Below are positions 39,908 through 53,717 of a DNA stretch of 64,000 nt, in pieces; position 1 is the stretch's first letter; each line of letters starts with the position of its first letter. The notes under the pieces are model-generated. The model ran no database searches, was not told the origin of the DNA, and saw only the letters and a program-made list of their open reading frames with translations. The stretch is taken from assembly GCF_009914755.1 (NCBI RefSeq), contig NC_060936.1, one strand, 5' to 3'. Position numbers and translations under genes: made by a program. This DNA comes from the human T2T-CHM13v2.0 reference genome, Homo sapiens.

Positions 39908-41969
39908 ATATATGTATATATACACATATATGTATGTGTATATATGTGTATATATACATATATGTATATATTTACACATATGTGTATGTGTATATATGTA
40001 TATATTTACACACATACGTGTGTATATGTATATATTTACACACATACGTGTGTATATGTATATATTTACACACATACGTGTGTATATGTATATATTTACA
40101 CACATACGTGTGTATATGTATATATTTACACACATACGTGTGTATATGTGTATATATTTACACATCTATGTGTATATATACATATATGTATATATTTACA
40201 CATCTGTGTATATAGGCATATATTTACACATCTGTGTATATATGTATATATTTACACATCTATGTGTATATACACATATATGTATATATTTACACATCTG
40301 TGTATATATACATATATATATTTACACGTGTATATATACATATATACACGTGTGTGTATATACATATGTGTATATATTTACACGTGTGTATATGCATGTA
40401 TGTATATATTTACACGTGTGTATATGCATATATGTATATATTTACACCTGTGTATATACATATATGTATATATTTACACCTGTGTATATACATATATATA
40501 TTTACACGTGTGTATATATACATGTATATATTTACACATGTGTGTATATATGTATATATTTACACATATGTGTATATACATATATGTATATATTAACACA
40601 TGTGTATATACACATATATGTATATATTTACACGTGTATATATACATATACACATGTGTATATACACATATATGTATATATTTTCACGTGTATATATACA
40701 TATATTTACAGATATATGTGTATATATACATAGTGTATATAGAGTATATATACATAGTGTATATATACTATATATGTGTGTCAATACACTATATATACAC
40801 TATACATGTGTAAATATATACATATGTGTATATACACATACGTGTGTATATATACATATATGTGTATATGCACATACATGTGTAAATATACATATATGTG
40901 TATATACACATACGTGTGTAAATATATACATGTGTATATACACATATAGGTGTGTATACACATACGTGTGTAAATACATACATGTGTATATACACATGCG
41001 TGTGTAAATATATACATATGTGTATATACACAGATGTGTAGATACATAGGTGTATATATACATATATGTATAGATACACGTGTATATGTTTATATATACA
41101 CATAGATGTGTAAATATATACATATTTGTCTATATACACGTGTAAATATATGCATGTGTATATACAATATATGTGGAAATATATGCATGTGTATATACAC
41201 ATATATGTATAAATATATGCACATGTGTATATACACATATATGTGTAAATATATACATATGTGTATATACACATGTGTAAAAATATACATGTGTATATAC
41301 ACATGTGTAAATATACATATGTGTAAATATATACATGTGTATATACATATATGTGTATACACACGTGTAAATATATACATGTGTACACACACGTGTAAAT
41401 ATATACATATATGTGTATACACACATGTATGTGTAAATATACACGTGTATACACGTGTGTATACATGTGTATACACACGTGTGTAAATATATGCGTGTGT
41501 ATCACATATGTGTGTAAATATATACACACGTGTATACACACATGTGTGTAAATATATACACACGTGTTTACACACGTGTAAATATATACGTATATGTGTA
41601 TGCACACGTGTGTAAATATATACACTGTGTATATACACGTGTGTAAATATATACACTGTATACACACGTGTGTATATAGACACGGGTATATACACATATG
41701 TGTGTAAATATATACACACGTGTATATACACATGTGTGTAAATATATACACACGTGTATATACACATGTGTGTGTAAATATATACACACGTGTATATACA
41801 CATGTGTGTGTAAATATATACACACGTGTATATACACGTGTGTAAATATATACACGTGTATATACACACGTGTGTAAATATATACGTGTATATATACACG
41901 TGTGTATATACACATATGTGTATACATATGTGTAAATATATACATATATGTGTATATACACATATATGT
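39846..41969. repeat. ~2.1-kb TA/CA-rich VNTR, imperfect palindrome
   Basis: Starts with ~(TA)20(CA)11. Left part built of tatatttacac units, including five near-identical 30-mers at 40001-40150; right part built of the reverse complement gtgtaaatata; switch near 40780. Confidence 0.95.
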
Positions 41970-42145
41970 GGGACACGAAACAGTGTGTGAATTCCATGGG
42001 CTTCCTTTTTGACTCAAGTATCCCAGAGCTGAAGAAGCCAACGACCTGGAAACATCAATGGGCATAAACCAAAAGAAGTCCCCCAAAGCCTGCTCTCTCT
42101 AGCCAAATTATCAGGAAGGCACCAGACAAGCAAGATAGGCTTTTA

Positions 42146-42450
42146 TTTTTATTTAATTTATTTATTTTTGAGATGGAGTTTTGCTCTTGTCACCTAGGCT
42201 GACATGCAATGGCAGGATCTCGCTCACTGCAACCTCCACCTCCTGGGTTCAAGTGATTCTCCTGCCCCAGCCTCCTAAGTAGCTGGGATTACAGGCGCCT
42301 GCCACCATGCCCAGCTAATTTTTGTATTTTAGTAGACATGGGGTTGCACCATGTTGGCCAGGCTGGTCTCAAACTCCTGACATCAGGTGATCCACCCACC
42401 TTGGCCTCCCAAAGTGCTGGGATTACAGGTGTGATCCACCACACCCGGCC
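42146..42450 (-). mobile_element. AluSq/Sx-like
   Basis: Dimeric Alu; TSD aagataggctttta / aagacagattttta. Confidence 0.93.
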
Positions 42451-43224
42451 AAGACAGATTTTTAGATAATGAATGTTCCACTCCAGGCAAACATCACAGG
42501 AAAATCTGTGGCCACACTCTTAGACACACCAGCAAAAGTTAAGTAGGAAACATGGGCTTTCACTATCACAAAGCTCTAATGAGGAGCTCCAATGCCCAAG
42601 GGGGCTGCTGTAAGACAAGGCCAAGTAAGGAACCAGGAACTGTATCCTCACTGGCCAGTAACAAGCACCTTCCCCCAGTGGCATCAATGGAGACCACATG
42701 AGGCACCTGGACTTCTACCTCCACCGGCAGTAATGAGGTGCCCATCCTTCTCCCAGATGGGGTGGTGTCTGAGGAGGATTAATGGAGAGTAAGGACTTGC
42801 ACCACCATTCAGCAATAATGAGACCACTACTACCGCAGTGCCAGTGGAAACCACACAAGGAAACAAAAATCTCATCTCTACCCATCAGTAATGAAGGGCT
42901 CCCACCCCTAGCCCCAATGTGTCAGTGGAGGCTCAGTGGGGAACCTGGACATTTATCTTTACCTGGCACTCACACAGTGGTGTCCCCTCCTCTTCATCTG
43001 CCAGAGAAGTGTCAAATTAAAATAGGTTTTAAAAATAAGGTTGAAATAAGATCTAGAATCTCATATAGAATATGAAAATGTGCAGGTTTCAACTTTTAAA
43101 AATCACTTGTCACATAAATAGAAAACTTTTGAACTGAATAGGAAAAAAAGACAATTACTAGATGCCAACCCCAAAATGACAGATGTCAGAATGATGTGAC
43201 AAATATTTTAAAGCAGCCACAATA

Positions 43225-43610
43225 TAATACATATAAACCATGGAATACTATGCAGCCATAAAAAGGAATGAGGTCATGTCCTTTGCAGGAACATGGATAG
43301 GAGCTGGAGGCCATTATTCTTAACAAACTAATGCAGGAACAGAAAACAAAATACTGCATGTTCTCACTTATAAGTGGGAGCTAAATAATGAGAACACATG
43401 GACATGAAGAGGAAAACACAGGGACCTACTTGAGGGTGGAAAGTGGGAGAAGGGAGAGGATCAGAAAAAATTACTATTGGGTACTATGCTTAGTACATCT
43501 GGGTGACAAAATCTGTATACCAAACCCCTGTGACACGAGTTTACCTATATAACAAACCTGTATAAGTATCCCTGAAATTAAAATAAAATTTTAAAAATTA
43601 AAAAAAATTA
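43225..43610 (+). mobile_element. 5'-truncated L1PA13-like 3' end
   Basis: gagaggatcagaaaaaattactattgggtact...gtgacacgagtttacctatataacaaacc; left TSD taaagcagccacaata 43209-43224. Confidence 0.85.
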
Positions 43611-43619
43611 GAACTTGTT

Positions 43620-45368
43620 GATCATTATGGTGGACAGAAGGCAGGACTAGATTGCAGCTCTGACTCAGACAGACAGAGCAGCATACAGAGGCTCACATCG
43701 CACATTTTAGCTCCAGAATGACTGCGAGAACAAACCAGGAATCCCGAGAGAACCCACAGACCCTCTGAAGGAAGCGGACTGCTCCTGCAGGACTCAGGAG
43801 ACACCCCAAATACTGTGAGTGCTCAAACTGTGGAAGTGGGAAAGGGAGACCCTCCACTCCTGAACACACACCCGCACTGGGGAAAATGAAAGTCATACTC
43901 AAGAGAAGTTTCCAACCTTACCTGGAGCTGAGTCAATTTAGAGAGCCAAGCAAAATACATGGGTAGAAGAAACAGTGGGAAAGGCCCTGGGAGCTCACTG
44001 GGTCCCCAAGCAGCCACTCCTGCCTGGAACCACAGGGACCCTCCTGGAGGCACCAGAGGCATGGGGGAAGACGCCACAGGGAGAAGGAAGTCTCCAGCTG
44101 GACTTTGTAACAATTTGAACCGGGTGAGAAGCCTCCTGGCCAGAACTCGGGCTAGGGGGCGAATCCGGTGGGCAGACTCCACAGGCGGGGAAAGAATCAA
44201 AGCCCTGTTCTTTTGCAGCTGGGAGGCGGGGAGCCTGAGGCAAGTTCTCAAGCCCTGCTCACCTCAGCCACTGCCTGGAAACAGACTTGGGACTACTGGG
44301 GGAGCATGGTGGGAGTGAGACCAGCCCTTCAGATTGCATGAGCTGGGTGAGGCCTGTGACTGCTGGCTTTCTCCCACTTCCCTGACAACCTGCATGACTC
44401 AGCAGAGGTAGCTATAATACTCCTAGGTTCACAACTCCATCGACCTGATGGCTTCACCTCCAGCCCCCACAGCAGCAGCAGCAAGACTCCCCTAAGGAGA
44501 GTCTGAGCTCAGACACTCCTAGCTCCACCCCCACCTGATGGTCCTTCCCTATCCACCCAGGTAGCTGAAGACAAAGGACACATACTCTTGGGAGTTCTAG
44601 GGCCCCGCCCACTGCTGGTTCCTCTCCATACTACCACAGCTGATGCTCTCTGGAAAGCGCCACCTACTGGCAGGAAGCGAACCAGCACAAAAATAGAACA
44701 TTAAACCACCAAAGCTAAAGAACCCTCACAGAGTCCATTTCAACCCCCTGCCGCCTCCCACAGCTGAGAGGCCCATAGATGGTTCACATCACAGGACTCT
44801 GTGCAGACAACCCCCAGTACCAACCCAGAGCCAGGTAGGCTTGCTGTGTGGCTAGACCCAGAGAGAGATACCAATCACTGCAGCTCAGCTTACAGGAAGC
44901 CATATCTATAGGAAAAGAAGAAGAGTACTACATCAAAGGAACACCCCATGGGACAAAAGAATCTGAACAACAGCCTTCATCCCTAGATTGTCCCTCTGAC
45001 AGCCTACCCGAATGAGAAGGAAAGAAAACCAACTCTGGTAATATGAAAAAACAAGGCTCTTTAACACAGCAAGAAGAAATCCCTGATTTACCTGAAAAAG
45101 AATTCAGCAGGTTAGTTATTAAGCTAATAAGGGGGGCAGCAGAAAAAGGCAAAGCCAATGCAAGGAAATCCAAAAGATACAAGAAGTGAAGGGAGAAATA
45201 TTCAAGGAAATAGATTAATGAAAAAAAACAATCAAAATGTCAGGAAACATTGGACACACTTACAGAAATGCAAAATGCTCTGGAAAGTCTCAGCAATAAA
45301 ATTGAACAAGTAGAAGAAAGAAATTCAGAGCTCAAAGACAAGGTCTTCGAATTAACCCAATCCAATAA

Positions 45369-45423
<55 letters not shown>

Positions 45424-48400
45424 AAGAATAAGAAAATATGAACAAAGCCTCCAAGAAGTCTGGGATTATGTTAAATGACCACATCTAAGAATAATCAGTG
45501 TTCCTGAGGAAGAAGAGAAGTCTAAAAGTTTGGAAAATATATTTGGGGGAATAATCAAGGAAAATTTTTCCAGCCTTGCTAGAGACCTAGACATCCAAAT
45601 ACAAGAAGCAAAAAGAACACCTGGGAAATTCATCACAAAAAGATCATCGCCTAGGCACATTGTCATCAAGTTAGCTAAAGTTAAGATGAAGGAAAGAATC
45701 TTAAAAGCTGTGAGACAAAAGCACCAGGCAACCTATAAAGGAAAACCTATCAGATTAACAGCAGATTTCTCAGGAGAAACCTTACAAACTAGATGGGATT
45801 GGAGCCCTATTTTCGGCCTCCTCAAACAAAACAATTATCAACCAAGAATTTTGTATCCAGCAAAACTAATCATCATATACGAAGGAAAGATACAATCTTT
45901 TTCAGACAAACAAATGCTGAAAGAATTTGCCAGTACCAAGCCACCACTGTAAGAACTGCTAAAAGGAGCACTAAATCTTGGAACAAATCCTGGAAACACA
46001 TCAAAACAGAACCTCTTTAAAGCATAAATCACACAGGACCTACAAAACAAAATACAGTTTAAAAAGCAAAAACAAAAAACAAAAAAACCATGGTACATAG
46101 GCAACAAATAGCACGATGAATGCAATGGTACCTCACATCTCAATACTAACATTGACTGTAAATGGCCTAAATGTCCCACTTCAAAGATAAAGAACTGCAG
46201 AATGGATAAGAACTCACCAACCATCTGCTGCCTTCAGGAGACTCATCTAACACGTAAAGACTCACATAAGCTTAAAGGGGTGGAAAAAGGCATTTCATGC
46301 AAGTGGATACCAAAAGCAAGCAGGGGTAGCCATTCTTATATCAGACAAAACACACTTTAAAGAAACAGCAGTTAAAAGAGACAAAGAGGGACATTACATA
46401 ATGGTAAAAGGCCTTGTCCAACAGGAAAATATCACAGTCCTAAACATATATGCACCTAACACTGGAGCTCACAAATTTATAAAACAATTACTAATAGACC
46501 TAAAAAATGAGATAGACAGCAACACAATAATAGTGGGGGACTTCAATACTCCACTGACAGCAGGTCATCAAGACAGAGAGTCTACAAAGAAACAATGGAT
46601 TTAAACTATACCTTGGAACAAATGAACTTAACAGATATATACAGAACATTTCTTCCAACAACCACAGAATACACATTCTACTCAACAGCGCATGGAACTT
46701 TCTCCAAGATAGACTATATGATAGGTCATAAAACAAGCCTCAATAAATTCAAGAAAATTGAAATTATATGAAGCACTCTCTCAAATGACAGTGGAATAAA
46801 ACTAGAAATCAACTCCAAAAGGAACCCTTGAAACCATGCAAATACATGGAAATTAAACAGCCTGCTCCTGAATGAGCATTGGGTCAAAAACAAAATCAAG
46901 GTGGAAATTAAAAACTTCTTCTAACTGAACAACAATAGCAGCACAACCTATCGAAACCTCTGGGATACAGTAAAGGCAATGCTAAGAGGAAAGTTCATAG
47001 CCCCTAAAGTTCATACCTACATCAGAAAGTCTGAAAGAACACAAACTGACATTCTAAGGTCCCACCTCAAGGAATTAGAGAAACAAGAACAAACCAAACC
47101 CAAACCCAGTAGAAGAAAGAAAACAACCAAGATCAGAGCAGAACTAAATGAAATCGAAACAAACAAACAAAAAGTACAAAAGATAAATGAAACAAAAAGC
47201 TGGTTCTTTGAAAAAATAAATAAAATTGATAGACCATTACCAAGATTAACCAAGAAAAGAAGAGAGAAAATCCAAATAACCTCATTAAGAAATGAAACGA
47301 GAGCTATTACAACTGACACCACTGAAATACAAAAGATAATTCAAGGCTACTATGAACACCTTTATGCACATAAACTAGAAAACCTAGAAGAGATGGAAAA
47401 ATTCCTGGAAAAATACAACCCTCCTAGCTTAAATCAGGAAGAATTAGATACCCTAAACAGACCAATAACAAGCAGTTGGTAATTCAAACATTACCAACAA
47501 AAAGAAGTCCAGGACCAGATGGATTCACAGCAGAATTCTACCAGCATTCAAAGAAGAATTGGGACCAATTCTTTTGACACTATTCCACAACATAGAGAAA
47601 GAGGGAACCCATTCTATGAAGCCAGCATCACCCTAATACCAACACCAGGAAAGGATGTAAGCAACAAAGAAAACTATAGACCAATATCTCTGATGAACAC
47701 AGATGCTAAAATCCTTAATAAAATACTAGCCAATAGAATCCAACAACATATCAGAAAGATAATCCACCATGATCAAGTGGGTTTCATACCAGGGATGCAG
47801 GGATGGTTTAACATACACACGTCAATAAATGTGATATACTGCATAAACAGAATTAAAAACAAAAATCACACGATCATCTCAATAGATGCAGAAAAAGCAT
47901 TTGCCAAAATCCAGCATCGCTTTATGATTAAAACTCTCAGCAAAACTGGCATACAAGGGACATACCTCAGTGTAATAAAAGCCATCTATGACAAACTCAC
48001 AGCCAACATAATACTGAATGGGAAAAACTGAAAGCATTCCCTCCGAGAACTGGAACAAGACCAGGATGCCCATTCTCACCACTCATCTTCAACATGGTCC
48101 TGGAAGTCCTAGCCACAGCAATCAGACAAGAGGAAAAAATAAAGGGCATCCAAATCGGTAAAGAGGAAGTCAAACTGTCACTGTTTGCTGACCATATGAT
48201 CGTTTACCTTGAAAACCCTAAAGACTCCTCCAGAAAGCTCCTATAACTGATAAAATAATTCAGAAAAGCTTTCAGATACAAGATTAATGTACACACATCA
48301 GTAGTTCTTCTATACACCAACAGCAACCAAGCAGAGAATCAAATCAAGAATCAAACCAAGCACAGAATCAAATCAACCCCTTTTACAAAAGCTGCAACAA

Positions 48401-50210
48401 AAAAATAAAATAAAATACTTACAAATATACCTAAGAAAGGAGGCGAAAGACCTCTACAAGGAAAACTACAAAACACTGCTCAAAGAAATCATAAGACGAC
48501 ACAAACAAATAGAAACACATCCCATGCTCATGGATGGGTAGAATCAATGAAGAATCAATGGGTAGAATCTGTGAAGAATGATGGTGGTATTTTGGTGGGG
48601 ACTGCCAAAAGCAATCTTCAAATTCAACGCAATCCCCACCAAAATACCACCATCATTCTTCACAGAATTAGAAAAAAACCATCCTAAAATTCATATGGAA
48701 CCAAAAAAGAGTGTACATAGCCAAAGCAAGACTAAGCAAAAAGAACAAATCTGGAGGCATCACACTACCTGATTTCAAACTATACTCTAAGGCCATAGGT
48801 ACTGGTATAAAAATAGGCACATAGACCAATGGAACAAAATAGAGAACCTGGAAATAAACCCAAATACTTACAGCCAACTAATCTTCAACAAAGCAAACAA
48901 AAACATAAAGTGGGGAAAGGATCCCCTTTTCAACAAGTGGTGCTGAGATAATTGGTTAGCCACATGTAAGAGAATGAAACTGGATCCTCATCTCTCACCT
49001 TATACAAAAATCAACTCAAGATGCATTAAGGGCTTAAATCTAAGACATGAAACTAAGTAAGTTCTAGAAGATAATGCTGGAAAAACCCTTGTTGTAGACA
49101 TTGGCCTAGGCCAGGATTTCATGACCAAGAACCCAAAAGCAAATGCAATAAAAAGAAAGATAAATAGTTGGGACTTAATTAAATTAAAGAGCTTTTACAC
49201 AGCAAAAGGAACAGTCAGCAGAGTAAACAGACAACCCACAGAGTGGGAGAAAATCTTCACAATCTATACATCTGACAAAGGACTAATATCCAGAATCTGT
49301 AATAAACTCAAACAAATCAGTAAGAAAAAAACAAACGATCCCATCAAAAAGTGGGCTAAAAACATGAATAGACAATTCTCAAAAGAAAATATACAAATGG
49401 CCAAGAAACATATGAAAAAATGCTCAACATCATTAATGATCAGGGAAATGCAAATTAAAACCATAATGTGATACCACCTTACTCCTGCAAGAATGGCCAT
49501 AATAAAAAAATCAAAAAACAGTAGATGTTGGCGTGGATGCAGTGATCAGAAAAACTTCTACACTGTTGGTGGGAATGTAAACTAGTACAACCACTATGGA
49601 AAACAGCGTGGAGATTCCTTGAAGAACTAAAAGTAGAACTACCATTTGATCCAGCAATCCTACTACTGGATATCTACCCAGAGGAAAAGTCGTCATTATA
49701 CAAAAGAGATACTTGCACAAGCATGTTTACAGCAGCACAATTTGCAATTGCAAAATCTTGGAACCAACCCAAATGCCCATCAAGCAATGAGTAATTAAAG
49801 AAACTGTGGTACATATATACAATGGAATACTACTCAGCCATAAAAAGGAATAAATTAACAGCATTTGCAGTAACCTGGATGAGACTGGAGACTATCATTC
49901 TAAGTGAAGTAACTCAGGAATGGAAAACCAAATATCGTATGTTCTCACTGCTATATGGGAGCTACGCTATGAGGACATAAAGGCATATAAGAATGATACA
50001 GTGGACTTTGGGGACTTAGAAGGAAGGGTAGGAGAGGTGAGGGATAAAAGACTACAAATAGGATGCAGTGTATACTGCTTGGGTGATGGGTACAACAAAA
50101 TCTCGCAAATAACCACTAAAGAACATACTCATGTAACCAAACACCACCTGTACTCCAATAACCTATGGGGGGAAAAGGCCAAATACCAGAGAAAATAAAT
50201 AAATAATAAA
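43620..50210 (+). mobile_element. Full-length inactive LINE-1, L1PB1-like (ORF1 ~45012-46025, ORF2 ~46116-49970, both disrupted)
   Basis: 5' ggcaggactagattgcagctc; [50 protein letters not shown]; 3'UTR gggataaaagactacaaatagg...aataacctatgg. Confidence 0.93.
45371..45419. repeat. (CA)n expansion inside L1PB ORF1
   Basis: Direct reading, about 24 units. Confidence 0.95.
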
Positions 50211-50874
50211 AATTAAAATTTTAAAAATTTAAAATAAAATAAAATAAATTTTTCTTCTTTCAAAAATAAATAATAAAGCAGCCACAATAAAAATGCTTCA
50301 ACAAGCAATTACAAGCCTGCTTGAAACAAACAAAATATAGAAAATAGAAGATATAACGAACTAAATGAAAAATTTTAAAATTCAAAAATAAAATAATGGA
50401 AATAAAAGTCTCAGTGGATGGGTTCAATAGTAAGAGGAGGAAACACAGGAAAGAAATCATGAATTGAGAGAAAAAACAATAAAAATTAGTCAATCTGAAA
50501 AATACAGAGAAAATAGACTGAAATAAAATGAACAGTGTTTCAACGACCTGTGGGACTATTTAAAAAATAACATTCATGTAATCAAAGTTTCAGAAGGAGA
50601 GGAAAAAGGCAGTAAGACTGAAAAAGCACTCAAAGAAGTAATGGCTGAAAATTTCCCAAATTTGCCAGGAGACAAAGTCCTGTAAATTCAAGAAGCTGGG
50701 CAAACTCCAAACATAATCAACTGAAAGAAATCCATGCCAGCTTCTGAAAACTAAATACAAATTTTAAAATATTGAAAGCAGCCAGAGAAAAATGACAACT
50801 TACCTATAGAATTAAAAAAAACAGATTTTTCATCAGAAACCATGTAGGGCAGAAAGAAGTGGCATGATATTTTA

Positions 50875-51227
<353 letters not shown>

Positions 51228-53717
51228 CTATGTCCAGTAAAAATATCTTTTAGGAATTATTAATATACAAATATTAAGAAATTACCAGACGAAAGAAAAC
51301 TAAGATAATTTTTCACCAGCAAAACTACCCAAAAAAATGGGTAAAGGAAGTTCTCTAAACAGAAACAAAATAATAAAAAGAGGGACTTGAAACATTAGGA
51401 AGAAAGAACACAGTAAGCAAAAACTATGAACAAATACAACAGGTTTTTCTTTTCTTCTTGAGTTTTCTAAATTATGTTTGAAGGTTGAAGCAAAAATCAC
51501 GGCATTGTCCTATGTGGTTCTAAATGTATGTACAGGAAATATTTAAGACAACTAGTAGAGGAGGATGACAGAACAAAAAGGAAGGTAAGGTTTCTATACT
51601 TCACTTGAACTGGTAAATAACAACAGTAGACTGCAATAAGTAATGTACATATAATGTAATACCTACAGCACCCAAACAATTAAGACATATACTTTTTCAG
51701 AACTATATAGACCAATCAAAGTGGAATTCTAAAATATATTACAGTAACACACAGGAAGGCAAAAAAAATGAAAACAACAGAAAACAAAAAATAAAATGGT
51801 AGACATACATTCTAAAATAACAATTATGTTTAATGTAAATGGTCTAAAAACAAATTAAAAGACAGAGATGGCATGTTGGGTTGCAAAACATGACCCAACT
51901 ATATGCTGTCTATAACAAACTTGCTTCAAATATAATTATATAAAAGGACTGAAAGTGAAAGAATGGAAAAAGACATATCATGCAAACATTAATCAAAGGA
52001 AAGCAAGGATGGCTACATTAATATCAGATAAAGTAGACTTCAGAGCAAAGAAAATTACCAAAAACAAGGAGGGACATTACATAATGACAATAGGATAAAT
52101 CAACTAAAAAGACATAGTAATTCTAAATGTGTATGCACCCAAAAATACAACTGCAAAATATGTGAAACAAAAACTGATATAACTGAAAAGACAAAGAGAA
52201 ATCCACAATTATAACTGGAGGCTTCCATACCCTCTCAACAACTGATAGAACAACTAAACATAAAATCCGCAAGGATACAGGAAAACTCAATACCACCAAC
52301 CAACAGGTTAGCATTTATAAACTATTCCACCCCACCACAGCAGAATCAACAGATTTTTCAAGAATCTGCAAATCATATACCAAGACAGAACATAAATTGG
52401 GAAATAAAACAAACCTCAACAAATTTAAAAGAACTGAAATTATACAGAGGAAAAAGAAAAGACACAAATTACCAATATCAGGAGTAAAACAGAGACTATC
52501 ATATAGACTCTACAGATATCAAAGGATGATAAGGGAGTACTGCAAGAAACTCTACACACACAAACTTGACAACTCAGAAGAAATAATCAATACCTCAAAA
52601 GACACAAATTACCATACATTTCCTATTATGAAATAGATAATCTGGATAGCCTACAATATTAAGGAAATTTAACTTATAATTTTAAAACTCCTAAAAAATA
52701 AATCTGTAGGCCCAGACTGTTTCACTGGATAATTTGACCTATTTTTTAAATAAGAATTAGCATCTATTCTACATAATTTCTTCCAGAAAATAGAGGAGGA
52801 GAGGTTTCTTAAGTCATTTTTTAATATCATACTAACCTGATACCAAAACCAGACAAAGAATATTTAAAAAAGAAAGAAAACCAGACAATATCCTTCATGA
52901 ACACAGACACAAAGTATTAGCAAATAGAATTCAGCATTATATAAAATGAATTCTACACCATGTCCCAATGGAATTTATTCCAGGAATGCAAGGCTAATTC
53001 AATATTTAAAATTCAATCAATATAACCTACCACATTGCGCTAATGCAAAGAAATATGGTCATATCAATTGATACAGAAAAAGCTTATGAAAAAATTCAAC
53101 AGAGATTCTTGATAAAAACTCTCCGAGTAACAAATTGAGGGGACTTTCCTGGAGAGAAAAGGTAGAGTTGTTCCTAAATTTATTTTTGAAATAAAAGGAA
53201 AAGAAAAAGAAATAGAAGAAACTTCCCTCAACTTGATAAAGGATATTTACAAAAACCTACAGCTAGAGTTATACTTCATAGGATAAAAGAATGAATGCTT
53301 TCTCCCTAAGATCAGGTACAAGGCCAGAATGTTCATTCACACCATTCTTCATTCTGCATAATGCTGGAAGGTCTAGCCAATGCATTAGCTAGTGCAATTT
53401 TTTACAAAAACTAACTCGAAATGGACCATAGGCCTAAATGCAGAACACAAAATATCCAAACTGAAATGCAGAAACAAAAAAGAATGAAAAAGACAGGATA
53501 TTCAAGAACTGTGGGACAATTACAAAAGATGTAACATGCATATAATGGGAATACAAGAAGAAAGAGAGAAAGGAACAGAAGAAATATTTGAAGCAACAAT
53601 GACTGAGATTTTCCCAAAATATCAGCTGATATTTACCCAACAGACTATACACCCTTTACTATACCTAGTGTTCCCTAGTCCAGAGCCTCTCAAGAGTTCT
53701 AGAATGTAAGTACCATC

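Noticed and set aside
39990-40150. Regular 30-bp repeats resembling a CRISPR array
   Set aside because: Head-to-tail tandem units with no unique spacers, no cas genes, eukaryotic context.
39845-42086. Many long ORFs up to 402 aa (Y/I/H/T/C/V-rich)
   Set aside because: Artefacts of a stop-poor TA/CA repeat, open in multiple frames on both strands.
31013-50210. Potentially active L1s
   Set aside because: Both have numerous stops and frameshifts and altered RT catalytic motifs (FADS, FADH).
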